From the NCBI GenBank assembly GCA_029856045.1, contig JAHQWG010000015.1:1-48870 (forward strand): DNA of 48,870 nucleotides. Direction: 5' to 3'. Shown piece after piece: positions 9,734 to 19,614 of the stretch. The position numbers and the translations under genes were made by a program. A model generated the notes under the pieces. That model was not told the DNA's origin and ran no database searches. It was given only the letters and a program-made list of their open reading frames with translations. Origin of the DNA: Promethearchaeia archaeon. GTDB lineage: Archaea > Asgardarchaeota > Lokiarchaeia > Sigyniarchaeales > SOKP01. The stretch's first letter is position 1. Each line of letters begins with the position of its first letter.

Positions 9734-10306
9734 ATGGATTTGGAAGAAAAAATATTAGAAAAGTTAAAGGGCGCTAAAAAAATTGTTTTTTTGGGCATTG
9801 GTGAAGATAAATTACGCGATGATGGTGTAGGTCCCTTTATAATTACTCAATTAAGTGAAAATCCCAAATCAAATATACAATATATAAATGCAAGAATTGT
9901 TCCTGAGGAGAGAATGGAAGATATACTAGATTTTACCCCATCTCATATTGTTTTAATTGATACATGCACCTTAAACAAACCTCCCGGAACTGTAGCAATC
10001 TTAGAAAAGGAAGATATTCTAAAATCTGTGCCAATATCCTCACATACCATTCCTGTGCCCATTTTTATTAATATTTTGGAAGAAAAATTAAATAATATAA
10101 AAATTTTCATGATTGGAATAGTACCTAAAAATATTAACCTTTCTGAACCTTTAATACCTTATAAGGAAGGATTAATTTCATTAGATGATTATGATGAGAA
10201 CCCAGAACTGCCTTATTTTGAATTTCAATTATCAAAAGAAGTGCAAACAGCGGCAGAATCTGTAATTAAAATAATCTTGAATATAATAAATGCAGTGAAA
10301 ATTTAA
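9734..10306 (+). CDS. Hydrogenase maturation protease, HycI-like
   Basis: FLGIGEDKLRDDGVG, VPE, VLID, SSHTIP, IGIVP. Confidence 0.85.
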   Translation: MDLEEKILEKLKGAKKIVFLGIGEDKLRDDGVGPFIITQLSENPKSNIQYINARIVPEERMEDILDFTPSHIVLIDTCTLNKPPGTVAILEKEDILKSVPISSHTIPVPIFINILEEKLNNIKIFMIGIVPKNINLSEPLIPYKEGLISLDDYDENPELPYFEFQLSKEVQTAAESVIKIILNIINAVKI

Positions 10307-10328
10307 TCTTCTTGTTTTTTTGAGAATT

Positions 10329-11114
10329 TTACTTGAAAGTTTCAATGAATTCTTTCAAAGGTAAAAAATATTCTTCTTTATAGGAAAAAATGTCATTATG
10401 GCCAGCCCCTTCTATCATAATTAATTTTTTTTCAAATTCATCAGGGAGGGCATTATATATTACTTTTGCCTCATCACAAGGAATAATCCAATCCATTGTT
10501 CCATGAATAATCAATACTGGTTTTTTAAATTTTTCAATACGAGTATCATTTGAGTATTGCTTTAATATTTCAGGTGTGATATTGGGACCACTTACTCTAA
10601 ATAATCTCGTCATCATATTATAAATACTCCCAAATCCACTCTCAAAAATAATGCCACGTAAATCTTTTGGATTATGAGCTCCGATTTCTGCGGCACAAGC
10701 GCTTCCTAGCGATCGTCCCAGGATAAAAAGCGAATCTTTTAAATTATTATCATCCATCCATTTTTTCATTTCATTATAAATTGGAATTGCGTCTGATATT
10801 AAACTGCTATATATTGGATCACCTGTACTAAAACCATACCCCCGAAAATCAGCAACTGCTAAATTTACCCCACATTGAAAAAATAGAGGTGCAAAATATT
10901 GATAATCAAGTGCAATTTCACCATTACCATGGAATAATAAAATCGTTGGGAGATCAGGATTATTTAGAAAAAAAAATCCACCAATTAAGAGATTTTTATC
11001 AATTTGAAATTTTAACACTTTAATGCTTGGATCTAAATTATTCGGAATCGCTATTTTGCGGGGATAAAACACGACATTAGAAATTCTAGGATCATCCAAA
11101 AACAATATTTTCAC
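10329..11114 (-). CDS. Alpha/beta hydrolase (BEM46/ABHD13-like)
   Basis: FHGNGE, DFRGYG, GRSLG nucleophile, IHG..D, GAGHND. Confidence 0.9.
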   Translation of the reverse strand: MKILFLDDPRISNVVFYPRKIAIPNNLDPSIKVLKFQIDKNLLIGGFFFLNNPDLPTILLFHGNGEIALDYQYFAPLFFQCGVNLAVADFRGYGFSTGDPIYSSLISDAIPIYNEMKKWMDDNNLKDSLFILGRSLGSACAAEIGAHNPKDLRGIIFESGFGSIYNMMTRLFRVSGPNITPEILKQYSNDTRIEKFKKPVLIIHGTMDWIIPCDEAKVIYNALPDEFEKKLIMIEGAGHNDIFSYKEEYFLPLKEFIETFK

Positions 11115-11231
11115 TTTTTTTTTAGAATTATACTAATTAAAAAAAACACAATTATGAGATTCTAAGAAATAAAAAGATATTTAATATTAAATTTTATTAC
11201 TTTTCATAAAATTGAATACTTTTTTTTAATT

Positions 11232-11591
11232 ATGAAAAAACTTAAAACAAAATTAGTTCGGTGTAAACTTTGTTCAAATCCTTTTTTTAGAGATGAAAAT
11301 TCTACAAGTGAAATTTGCGAAAATTGCATTAAGCTTGAAGAAAGACGTAAAAGAACTACTGCATTAAAAGTAAAGCAAGAAGAAATGCAAAAAGACATAG
11401 ACAAAATGGAAAATCAACTTAAGATTACTATGTCGAAGCGAAGAAAGGAAGAAATTAAAAAAGATATTGAAGCAAGAACTTTTGCTTTATCAAAATCAAT
11501 AGAACTGTTAGTAAAATATGAAGAAACAGGTGATGAGATTTATATTGAGCAATATATGAATTTATTTAAGTTATTAAAAAATAATTCGTAA
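11232..11591 (+). CDS. Hypothetical zinc finger + coiled-coil protein
   Basis: CKLC...CENC followed by a charged helical region. Confidence 0.7.
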   Translation: MKKLKTKLVRCKLCSNPFFRDENSTSEICENCIKLEERRKRTTALKVKQEEMQKDIDKMENQLKITMSKRRKEEIKKDIEARTFALSKSIELLVKYEETGDEIYIEQYMNLFKLLKNNS

Positions 11592-11658
11592 TATTATAAC
11601 AATAAATTCTGTGTCTATTTTTAAATAAATTATTATACTTCCTAATTTGGGGATAACG

Positions 11659-12918
11659 TTATTGTTTCTTATTTTTTTGTAAAATTTCCATAAAGCTTTC
11701 AAGCTTATTTTTGAGTTGTTCTTCATTCATTTTTCTTGGATCGTTCATATCCGCTTCAATAACAAGGGATGGAATTCCTTCCTCCTCCATTAATCTTTGT
11801 TTAAGGTCATACATACCACAAGAGTTTGGTCGGCAAGAAAGATTATTATGTAAAATAACTCCATCAATTTTCCATTCTTTAATTACTCGTTTAAATTCCT
11901 TAACTCTCGTCTCAAGGTCGTATATATACCAAAAACTCAGCATAATTTTACTCATGGCTTTTATTGGATTATTTATAATATAATCTTTCGTCATCGTTGG
12001 GTCTAAGAATTTTCCAAATGAATATGTATAAGGTTCAAAAACAATAATTGCTCCCCATTGTTCCAAGACACCAAAGAATTTTAAGTTATACCAAAAAGGT
12101 ATTCCCTCAAAAAGTAGCCGGAATTGTTCGTTCTCTAAAGCCCCGATTCCATTATCTACTCTTTCTTTAGTCTCTTGATACATTTTTTTAAATACTCTAA
12201 TTGGCTCTTTTAACCCGGGCATAGTAAAAAGTGGAAAGAGTCCACCGAAAGTATCTTTTGTTGACACTGGACACGGTATTGTTTTTCTTAATTCAAAAAT
12301 TTTAATCCAGTATTCACTTAACTCGTAGGAATTAGTAATGACCTCTCTTGATTTTTCTTCATTATATTCTTTTTTAGTTATTTCTGAGATCCAATCCATT
12401 AATTCAAGCATCTGTTCTTCTACATATGACTGATAATACTCTTTTTGTTTATTTGTTGTATTGCTAGTGACATGAGGGACATCAATTATATATAGTGGAA
12501 CTTTATATCTTTGAGATTGGACTTGAAACCATTTCACATGCGTATCACAAATTACATCTGCTGCGACCATAAATGTTGGAGGTTTTATTCCTCCTAAGTC
12601 AATAGGTGCATTATTTTGCATAGCTCCAACATTTGTTTTAAAATAAGAACATAAATCATATGAAAAACCTAAGTCTTCAGCAGATTCAATATATTTTTTT
12701 GAAACTTTCTGGGCGGCAGAAATAGTAGCAGCATTTTCAGGTAAAATTGGTTGAACGTCAAAAGTATAAAGCATCTCGACAGAAGTCCCACTAGTAGCCC
12801 AAGCTGTAGGAGTTCCATCTCGATAGGCTTGTTCTATCGCTAAATAATGGCGTCCCATTAAATTTTTAACACTTAAAGATGATTTCAATATTTTACTTTT
12901 AGTTCTTTGTGTTGTTAT
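11659..12918 (-). CDS. 2-hydroxyacyl-CoA dehydratase / benzoyl-CoA reductase-like subunit (HgdA/BcrB-like); start at ATA 12918 or TTG 12888
   Basis: PEN, GFSYDLCSY, ICDT..KWF, DGVILH..SCR, PSLVIEAD..DPR. Confidence 0.85.
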   Translation of the reverse strand: MTTQRTKSKILKSSLSVKNLMGRHYLAIEQAYRDGTPTAWATSGTSVEMLYTFDVQPILPENAATISAAQKVSKKYIESAEDLGFSYDLCSYFKTNVGAMQNNAPIDLGGIKPPTFMVAADVICDTHVKWFQVQSQRYKVPLYIIDVPHVTSNTTNKQKEYYQSYVEEQMLELMDWISEITKKEYNEEKSREVITNSYELSEYWIKIFELRKTIPCPVSTKDTFGGLFPLFTMPGLKEPIRVFKKMYQETKERVDNGIGALENEQFRLLFEGIPFWYNLKFFGVLEQWGAIIVFEPYTYSFGKFLDPTMTKDYIINNPIKAMSKIMLSFWYIYDLETRVKEFKRVIKEWKIDGVILHNNLSCRPNSCGMYDLKQRLMEEEGIPSLVIEADMNDPRKMNEEQLKNKLESFMEILQKNKKQ

Positions 12919-13976
12919 TTTTTAACACCTCTTAATATTTCTTTAAAAGCTTCTAATTTTGTGGATAACTGTTTATAGGAGTCCCTCTTGTATTCTTTTT
13001 CTAAAAAAATAAAAGGCATTCCAATTTTTTTAAACGAATCTCTAAAAAATGGATATTCATAAAGTAAAGGCTCACAAAACTTTTGAACTAAACATATTAC
13101 TCCTTGAACTTGATACTTTTCTGCAAGCGTTTTAATAAAATCGAATCTCCCCGACGAAGGATGTTCGGTGGAATAGGGTGGTTTTGATAAATGAAAGTTC
13201 GCAATATCTTTTATGGGATCTCCAGTTATTTCTATTAAATTATGAAAATATCTTGTGCCAATGCATAAATCATCAGTAACAATTTCAAAACCTAAGCTTT
13301 CTAGATAAATAAGTATTTCTGTATCATCTAAAATAGAACCAGTTAATAAAATCCTTTTTTTACTACCATCAACGTAGGGTAAAGGTTCTTTAATTTCCAA
13401 CTTTTTTAATTTTTCTTTTAAGTTGTGTAAAACATCCTTTTTATCCGATTTATATGCATTTTTAATAATTGCATGAAATTCTGATCCTAGCAATAACCCT
13501 TTATTTCTATATTCAGAAATCTTTTTTAATAACTTTCGAATTTCATTTGTTAGGTTTATTGCTTCATATAGTTTTTTATCAGTTATTTCAGCCCCAAAAT
13601 GTTCTTCCAGTTGAAATTTTAATTCTTTTAAATCATTAATAAAAAATTTTAAAGATATTTTATCTCGCTTTAATGGTGCATTTAAGAAATAATAAAAATC
13701 ATAAGGTACATGGCTATACCATATATCATATTCGCGATTTGAACAATCGCATGCGTGAGTTATAATAATTCCTTTTATATCTTTATCCAATCCATTTAAA
13801 CCTCTCTGAAGGCAATTTCTTGCCCAAAAACAATGATTAGGGGGTACGAATTTATCAGCATCCATTAGATCAATTGTTGGATCCCCAAAAATTCTATATG
13901 GAATTAAATTCGCTGCCATCATTAATTCTTCCGGAGTATTAAAACTTGGATCAACATAACCTATTTTGTAAGCCAT
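12915..13976 (-). CDS. 2-hydroxyacyl-CoA dehydratase subunit (HgdB/BcrC-like)
   Basis: TPEELMMAA, HACD, RILLTGS, DDLCIGTRY, QKFCEP. Confidence 0.85.
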   Translation of the reverse strand: MAYKIGYVDPSFNTPEELMMAANLIPYRIFGDPTIDLMDADKFVPPNHCFWARNCLQRGLNGLDKDIKGIIITHACDCSNREYDIWYSHVPYDFYYFLNAPLKRDKISLKFFINDLKELKFQLEEHFGAEITDKKLYEAINLTNEIRKLLKKISEYRNKGLLLGSEFHAIIKNAYKSDKKDVLHNLKEKLKKLEIKEPLPYVDGSKKRILLTGSILDDTEILIYLESLGFEIVTDDLCIGTRYFHNLIEITGDPIKDIANFHLSKPPYSTEHPSSGRFDFIKTLAEKYQVQGVICLVQKFCEPLLYEYPFFRDSFKKIGMPFIFLEKEYKRDSYKQLSTKLEAFKEILRGVKK

Positions 13977-14163
13977 TTTATTTTAAATCCGTAAATTATA
14001 ATTTAATTTTAACCAATGTTTAGTTAAATTATATGATTAAATATTATAAGCTTTTTATTAATCACGAGAATATTCGCTTGAAATCAATATTTAAAATAAA
14101 AAAATATTTAAGTTTTAAAATAAAATACAACTTATAATCTAACCAAATTCAGTCGAAGATATT

Positions 14164-14496
14164 TTGGAACACGTACAGAATATTCATAATTATTTAGCAA
14201 AAGCGACACTTCAGCCAAGTGTAAGGATAAAAATTAAAATTTGGAATACTTACATAGTTGGAAAGATAATTAAATTTGATAATCATCTGAATCTTTTATT
14301 ATCTGATGCAAGAGAAATTTATTTGGGACCAGGGGGTAATCGAGAAAAAGAACTTGGAAATATTATGATACGTGGTGCAAGCATTATATTAATTGGACAA
14401 AAATATGAAACCATAAATCTAAGCGAAGAAAAAATTTCCAAATTGATGGCAGATGAAGATGAAGAGATAGATGACAATGAAGGCGCAGAATATTAA
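14164..14496 (+). CDS. Sm-like (LSM) RNA-binding protein with acidic tail
   Basis: Sm1 GKIIKFDNHLNLLLSDARE, Sm2 LGNIMIRG; conserved position upstream of L37e. Confidence 0.9.
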   Translation: MEHVQNIHNYLAKATLQPSVRIKIKIWNTYIVGKIIKFDNHLNLLLSDAREIYLGPGGNREKELGNIMIRGASIILIGQKYETINLSEEKISKLMADEDEEIDDNEGAEY

Positions 14497-14517
14497 ATTT
14501 TAAAGAGTGAATAAATA

Positions 14518-14718
14518 ATGACAAAAGGAACACCAAGTTTTGGAAAGCATAATAAAAGAGCCAGCCACAAGATATGCCGTAGATGTGGAAATAGATCTTA
14601 TCACCGACAGAAAAAGGTTTGTGCAAGTTGTGGCTTCGGAGCTAGCGCTAAATTAAGAAAATATAATTGGAGCCGTCACGTAAAAGCTTTTAACGGTCAA
14701 AAGGCATATCATAAGTGA
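14518..14718 (+). CDS. rpl37e: 50S ribosomal protein L37e
   Basis: [10 protein letters not shown]...[18 protein letters not shown]. Confidence 0.98.
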   Translation: MTKGTPSFGKHNKRASHKICRRCGNRSYHRQKKVCASCGFGASAKLRKYNWSRHVKAFNGQKAYHK

Positions 14719-14783
14719 TTAATTATCTAATTTTTTATGATATTAGACTTTTTATGTTTTATTAAATTTATTGAGAATATATT

Positions 14784-15317
14784 ATGATAATTGAAAGTCC
14801 TCATAGTGGAAAAAAGCCAATTATTCATGAATCGGTATTCATTGCTCCAACTGCAGTAATTATAGGTGATGTTGAGATTGGAGAGGGATCAAATATATGG
14901 TTTGGTGCAGTTTTAAGAGGAGATTGGGGCAAAATTCGAATAGGAAAATATACTTCAATTCAAGAGAATGTAACTATTCATACCGAAGTCAATAAAGAAG
15001 CAAAAATTGGAGATCATTGTATTGTGGGACATCATGCGATGATTCATGGACCGTGTGTTATTGAAAAGGGATGTTTAATAGGAATAGGTTCTAATGTACT
15101 TAATAATTCCAAATTGGGCGAAGGCTGTTTATTAGCTGGTGGGGCGGTTTTAACAAATAAGGAAATACCTCCAAGAAAATTAGTTGTTGGCATACCTGCT
15201 GAGATAAAAAAAGATTTGAAAAGTACTGGAAAGGCATTGGGAGTAATTGATTCAATGGGTTATTATAGAAACGGTCAGGAATTCAAAAAACTTTTTGAAA
15301 AGTTAAGTAAGAATTAA
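14784..15317 (+). CDS. Gamma carbonic anhydrase-like hexapeptide-repeat protein
   Basis: IAPTAVIIGDV.IG..SNIWFGAVLRGD, IQENVTIH, VGHHAMIHG. Confidence 0.92.
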   Translation: MIIESPHSGKKPIIHESVFIAPTAVIIGDVEIGEGSNIWFGAVLRGDWGKIRIGKYTSIQENVTIHTEVNKEAKIGDHCIVGHHAMIHGPCVIEKGCLIGIGSNVLNNSKLGEGCLLAGGAVLTNKEIPPRKLVVGIPAEIKKDLKSTGKALGVIDSMGYYRNGQEFKKLFEKLSKN

Positions 15318-15350
15318 TAATTGTTTTTAATTAACATTAGGTGAAATTTT

Positions 15351-16232
15351 ATGTTATTAAAAGGAAGAAATATTGTTATAACAGGTTCGGGGCGGGGTAT
15401 TGGAAAGGAAGTTGCATTGGCTTGTGCAAGGGAAGGAGCCAACATAGGATTGACATCAAGAACTAGAGAAGAATTAGATAATGTGAAGAAAGAGATAATA
15501 GATTTAGGATCTGGAGTAAAAGTTGTTATAGCGACTGGGGATATTTCAAAATATGAAGATACTGAGAATATTTTTAAAACCTTTCATAATGAACTTGGTC
15601 CATTAGATGGTGTTATTGCAAACGCAGGATATTCTCGTAGGGGTTCTTCAGATACATTCGAAATTGAGAAATTCCGACAAATCCTTGATGTAAATATTCT
15701 TGGTGTCTATTATACTTTAAGAGCAGCCTTACCTTATTTAAGAAAGGATGATAAAAAAAATAAAGCTAGGTTTATTGTGACTGGGAGTGGTGCTTATCAA
15801 ACGGTAATGCCCTTGTTTGCAGCTTATACTGCCAGTAAATGGGGTGTAGTTGGTTTAGTTAAGGCGTTAGCGGCGGAATATAAAAAAGAGAACATTACTT
15901 TTAACATAATATTACCAACAATGGTGGATACACGATTATTACGTGGAAGAAAAGCGGGTGATGGAAATAAAGATGATTTTGTAATGAATCCATGTGATTT
16001 AAATGAATATTATCTGTTTTTGTTATCAGATGAAGCGAATAGAATAAATGATGAATTGATTTATACGCAGAATTTTCAACAAGTTAAAAAAATTATTAAT
16101 GAAGCCCCAACCGATAAAAAGGAAAATTGGGATATATTTGAAGGTTATCTTGAAGAAAAGAATCCTAAACTGTTTAATTCTGTTAAGAAATTAAGAAAGT
16201 TTATTGAATTTCTTTTAGTAAGAAGCAATTAA
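15351..16232 (+). CDS. Short-chain dehydrogenase/reductase
   Basis: TGSGRGIG, NAG, YTASK. Confidence 0.93.
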   Translation: MLLKGRNIVITGSGRGIGKEVALACAREGANIGLTSRTREELDNVKKEIIDLGSGVKVVIATGDISKYEDTENIFKTFHNELGPLDGVIANAGYSRRGSSDTFEIEKFRQILDVNILGVYYTLRAALPYLRKDDKKNKARFIVTGSGAYQTVMPLFAAYTASKWGVVGLVKALAAEYKKENITFNIILPTMVDTRLLRGRKAGDGNKDDFVMNPCDLNEYYLFLLSDEANRINDELIYTQNFQQVKKIINEAPTDKKENWDIFEGYLEEKNPKLFNSVKKLRKFIEFLLVRSN

Positions 16233-16382
16233 GTTTTTAATACTTTTTTTTTCCATTTATATATTATTTACATAGAGATTTTAAACAAACTATACTTAAA
16301 ATGTGCTAAAGATTGGTCTAAAAATATTTTATTATATAGCGAAATCATATTTTATTAACAATTATTAGGAGATTTTAAAAAA

Positions 16383-17546
16383 ATGTATTGTTCAAATTGT
16401 GGAAAAAAAATATTTGATGATGTAAAATTTTGTCCTGAATGTGGTGCTGATATTAAGACAGGGATAATACCTACAAGAGCAAAATCTGTCGCTCCAACCC
16501 CATATCAGGCTCGAAGTCATACAGGGAGAAATATAGCAATAATCATCATACTTTTAACCATTATAATTATGGTGCCGGTTACTATTTTTATAATTGTTCC
16601 TGGTACAACATGGGAAAAATATGAAGAATCTTTTGACTACTATTATACGCCAGCATCTCCATCGAGTTTAGAGTCAATGGACTTTAATCTCGATATAGGT
16701 AAGATAATTATTAAATACAATCAAACACCCACACCACATGTTGCGAAAATTGATGTTGATTTAGATATTGAAGGTCCATCTGTAGCTGGTAAAACTTATG
16801 AAGATTATTTTGAGCCAATTTCTTGGGTAAATACTAGCAGCCCCATAACATTTACTTTAGAATCCAAACCAGACGCTTGGGTTTCCCCTATAACGTGGTT
16901 CCCTTTTCACCAAAATATCACTTTGACTGTAACTCTTAGAACAGATGTCATCTACAAGATTGATGCAACAGCTATTACTGGAGGTGTAGAAATGACAGTT
17001 CCAACTGGTGTTACTGTCGGTGATCTTCAACTTATATCCACTACGGGTGGAGTTTCGATATTAGCAAATGGCGCCAATTTTTCTACTGGTGTAAATGGAA
17101 AAATTATTACAGGGGGTCTAACAATGAATTTTACCAATTGTATTTTTGGAGGAAATATAGTGGGGGATGTTACTACAGGTGGAATAGATTTTAAAATCTA
17201 TAATCCAGAATTTACACAAACCAATCAATGGACACTTACTTCTACAACCGGCGGTATTGATATTGAGATTTACCAATATAAACCAGTGGGTGCAAATATA
17301 ACTGGGCAAGTAACAGTAACTACTGGTGGAATTGACTTGCTTTATGAGGATAATCAGGCTTCGGTTGGTGCTAGATTTAGTGGAACGACAACAACAGGTG
17401 GAGTTGATCTTGATAATAGTGGAGGATTTACTCAAATTGGAGATGAAATATTAGTATCCGATGATTATAACACTGCTAGTTATAAATATACTTTTGATTT
17501 ACACACTACTACTGGCGGTATTGGTGTGGATGCAAAAAGTGCTTAA
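16383..17546 (+). CDS. Zinc ribbon + TM + DUF4097/adhesin-like beta-repeat protein
   Basis: CSNCG..FCPECG, one TM helix, eight xTGG[IVL] repeats. Confidence 0.8.
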   Translation: MYCSNCGKKIFDDVKFCPECGADIKTGIIPTRAKSVAPTPYQARSHTGRNIAIIIILLTIIIMVPVTIFIIVPGTTWEKYEESFDYYYTPASPSSLESMDFNLDIGKIIIKYNQTPTPHVAKIDVDLDIEGPSVAGKTYEDYFEPISWVNTSSPITFTLESKPDAWVSPITWFPFHQNITLTVTLRTDVIYKIDATAITGGVEMTVPTGVTVGDLQLISTTGGVSILANGANFSTGVNGKIITGGLTMNFTNCIFGGNIVGDVTTGGIDFKIYNPEFTQTNQWTLTSTTGGIDIEIYQYKPVGANITGQVTVTTGGIDLLYEDNQASVGARFSGTTTTGGVDLDNSGGFTQIGDEILVSDDYNTASYKYTFDLHTTTGGIGVDAKSA

Positions 17547-17564
17547 ATAATAATTTTTAATTCC

Positions 17565-17585
17565 TTTTTTTTTTTGATTTTTTTT
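17565..17585 (+). terminator. Archaeal oligo-T terminator
   Basis: T11 and T8 runs about 20 bp after the stop at 17546. Confidence 0.5.
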
Positions 17586-17696
17586 CACTTGATAAATGTT
17601 ATCAAGATCTTTTAATTTAAAAAGCTAAACTACAAATTTCCTTATTTATTTTATATAATATTTAATTTTTTCAATCATTTGGTTCAAAGTTGTCAT

Positions 17697-18716
17697 ATGT
17701 ATAAGTCTGAATTTAGTGAAATTGAAGGAGTTTATCGATTTAAAATAGATGTTCCGTTTCATGTAAAATTTGTGTGTATATATCTATTGAAAATTGATAA
17801 TAAGAATGTTCTGATTGATGCGGGTGTAAATTTAGGGGATTGGAGTAAAGTTTTTTTTTCTGTATTAAATGATGCAAAATTAAATATCAAAGATATAGAC
17901 TATTGCATTATTTCACATGCCCATATGGACCATGTTGGTTTACTTAAGAAATTTAAACGCAAAAATCCCAATTTACAGATATTTATGCATGATATTACTA
18001 ATGATATACTCAAGTGGAGCACGGATCCTGAAAATTTTGAAGAAATTGAAAGTTCAGCAGAGAAAATGGCTCAAAAGATGATAAAATATGGGATCAGTGA
18101 TAAACAGGGTAAAAGAGTAAGTCAAATTTTTACTTCTTGGTCAAAAATGGTAAAATATCAAAAACCAGATAACCTTTTGAATGATGGCGATGAAATATCT
18201 TTTGGGACGAATAAATTAAAAATCATTTGGACCCCAGGGCATAGTTTTGGACATATTTGCATTTTTGACCAAGATAAGAAGCATCTTTTTGCCGGAGATC
18301 ACATATTGTCTAGAATAACACCACATATTGGTGTTTTTAATGTATCCCCTGCTCTTAAAAATAAATATAATTTTAATAATATCTTGAAAAATTACTTAGA
18401 ATCATTAGATCATATTGATAAATTAAACCCTAAGATTATTTTTCCTGCACATCAAGAAATCATTTATAATCCTCATCAACGAATTATGGAAATTAAAGAG
18501 CATCATAAGAACCGATTAAACGAAATTTATAACTTAATTAAGGAGAATCCATTAACTCCTTATAGGATTTCGCAAATTCACTTTGGAGAAGATTTAGACG
18601 AAATGAATTCATTTTTAGCGTTAAATGAGGTGTTAAGTCATTTGATTTATTTAGAACATCAAGAAAGAGTAAAAAGAATCGAAAGGAATGATAAAATTTT
18701 ATTTACGGTCAATTAA
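17697..18716 (+). CDS. MBL-fold metallo-hydrolase
   Basis: SHAHMDHVG, TPGHS.GH, AGDH, PAH; ATG 17697 preferred over TTG 17679. Confidence 0.9.
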   Translation: MYKSEFSEIEGVYRFKIDVPFHVKFVCIYLLKIDNKNVLIDAGVNLGDWSKVFFSVLNDAKLNIKDIDYCIISHAHMDHVGLLKKFKRKNPNLQIFMHDITNDILKWSTDPENFEEIESSAEKMAQKMIKYGISDKQGKRVSQIFTSWSKMVKYQKPDNLLNDGDEISFGTNKLKIIWTPGHSFGHICIFDQDKKHLFAGDHILSRITPHIGVFNVSPALKNKYNFNNILKNYLESLDHIDKLNPKIIFPAHQEIIYNPHQRIMEIKEHHKNRLNEIYNLIKENPLTPYRISQIHFGEDLDEMNSFLALNEVLSHLIYLEHQERVKRIERNDKILFTVN

Positions 18717-18754
18717 TATGCAAGATTCATTTATAATTAACTAAAATTACTATA

Positions 18755-19498
18755 TCATTTTGAACAAATACATTTTTCATGTCTTTGAACAGGAATTTTA
18801 TCAAAAGACATTTTAAGTAAATTTACCATTAGCAAATTGTTTTCTAGAGTTACTCCAATATTTAATAATGATTTGATTACCTCTAGAGCCTCTAAAGTGC
18901 CTAACACTCCAGGAGCCACCCCAATAACTGGTAAGGGGGCTTCCTTTTTAGTTAATTTTTCAGGCTCACCAAAAAAAACACATCGATAACAAGCAGATTT
19001 TCTTGGATTAATTGTCATCATTTGTCCATAAAAATCTTTTACACCCGCAATTGTGCATTTCACATTATTCCTTATGGCGGCATCGTTAACCATAAATTTT
19101 GTTCTAGCATTATCACTACAATCAACAATATAATCCTTTCCAATGATTAATTCATCAATAGATTTATCATCAACATACATTTTTTTAATAATAATTTGTG
19201 TATCAGGATTCATATCATTCAATCTTTCTTTAGCTGCCTCAACCTTCACTCGATTCAATGAACTACCATCATATAATATTTGTCTCTGTAAATTTGATAA
19301 CTCCAAAATATCATTATCAACAATAGTTAATTCTCCAATTCCAGCTGCCACCAAATACATTGAACAAGGAGACCCTAACCCTCCCGCTCCTATTTGTAAT
19401 ATTTTGGACTTTAATAATTTTTCTTGTCCTTTTTCTCCAATTTCTGGGCTAATCAACTGCCTTGCATATCTTATTTTTTGTTCTTCAGATAATGGCAT
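18755..19498 (-). CDS. ThiF/MoeB/UbaA-family E1-like adenylyltransferase
   Basis: RYARQL, GAGGLG, SNLQRQ, DCSDN, CYRC. Confidence 0.92.
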   Translation of the reverse strand: MPLSEEQKIRYARQLISPEIGEKGQEKLLKSKILQIGAGGLGSPCSMYLVAAGIGELTIVDNDILELSNLQRQILYDGSSLNRVKVEAAKERLNDMNPDTQIIIKKMYVDDKSIDELIIGKDYIVDCSDNARTKFMVNDAAIRNNVKCTIAGVKDFYGQMMTINPRKSACYRCVFFGEPEKLTKKEAPLPVIGVAPGVLGTLEALEVIKSLLNIGVTLENNLLMVNLLKMSFDKIPVQRHEKCICSK

Positions 19499-19614
19499 AA
19501 TTTTATCACTCCTATTTTTTCTTCAACAAATATCGTTGTTTTAAAAAGATCAATATTATTGATTTAAATATTGTGATTAAAATTTATTAAATTACTATAA
19601 ATAGAAATGATAAT

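Noticed and set aside
10329-11114. ABHD13/17-like depalmitoylase as a eukaryotic signature
   Set aside because: The same motif set is widespread in bacteria; nothing specifically eukaryotic is visible
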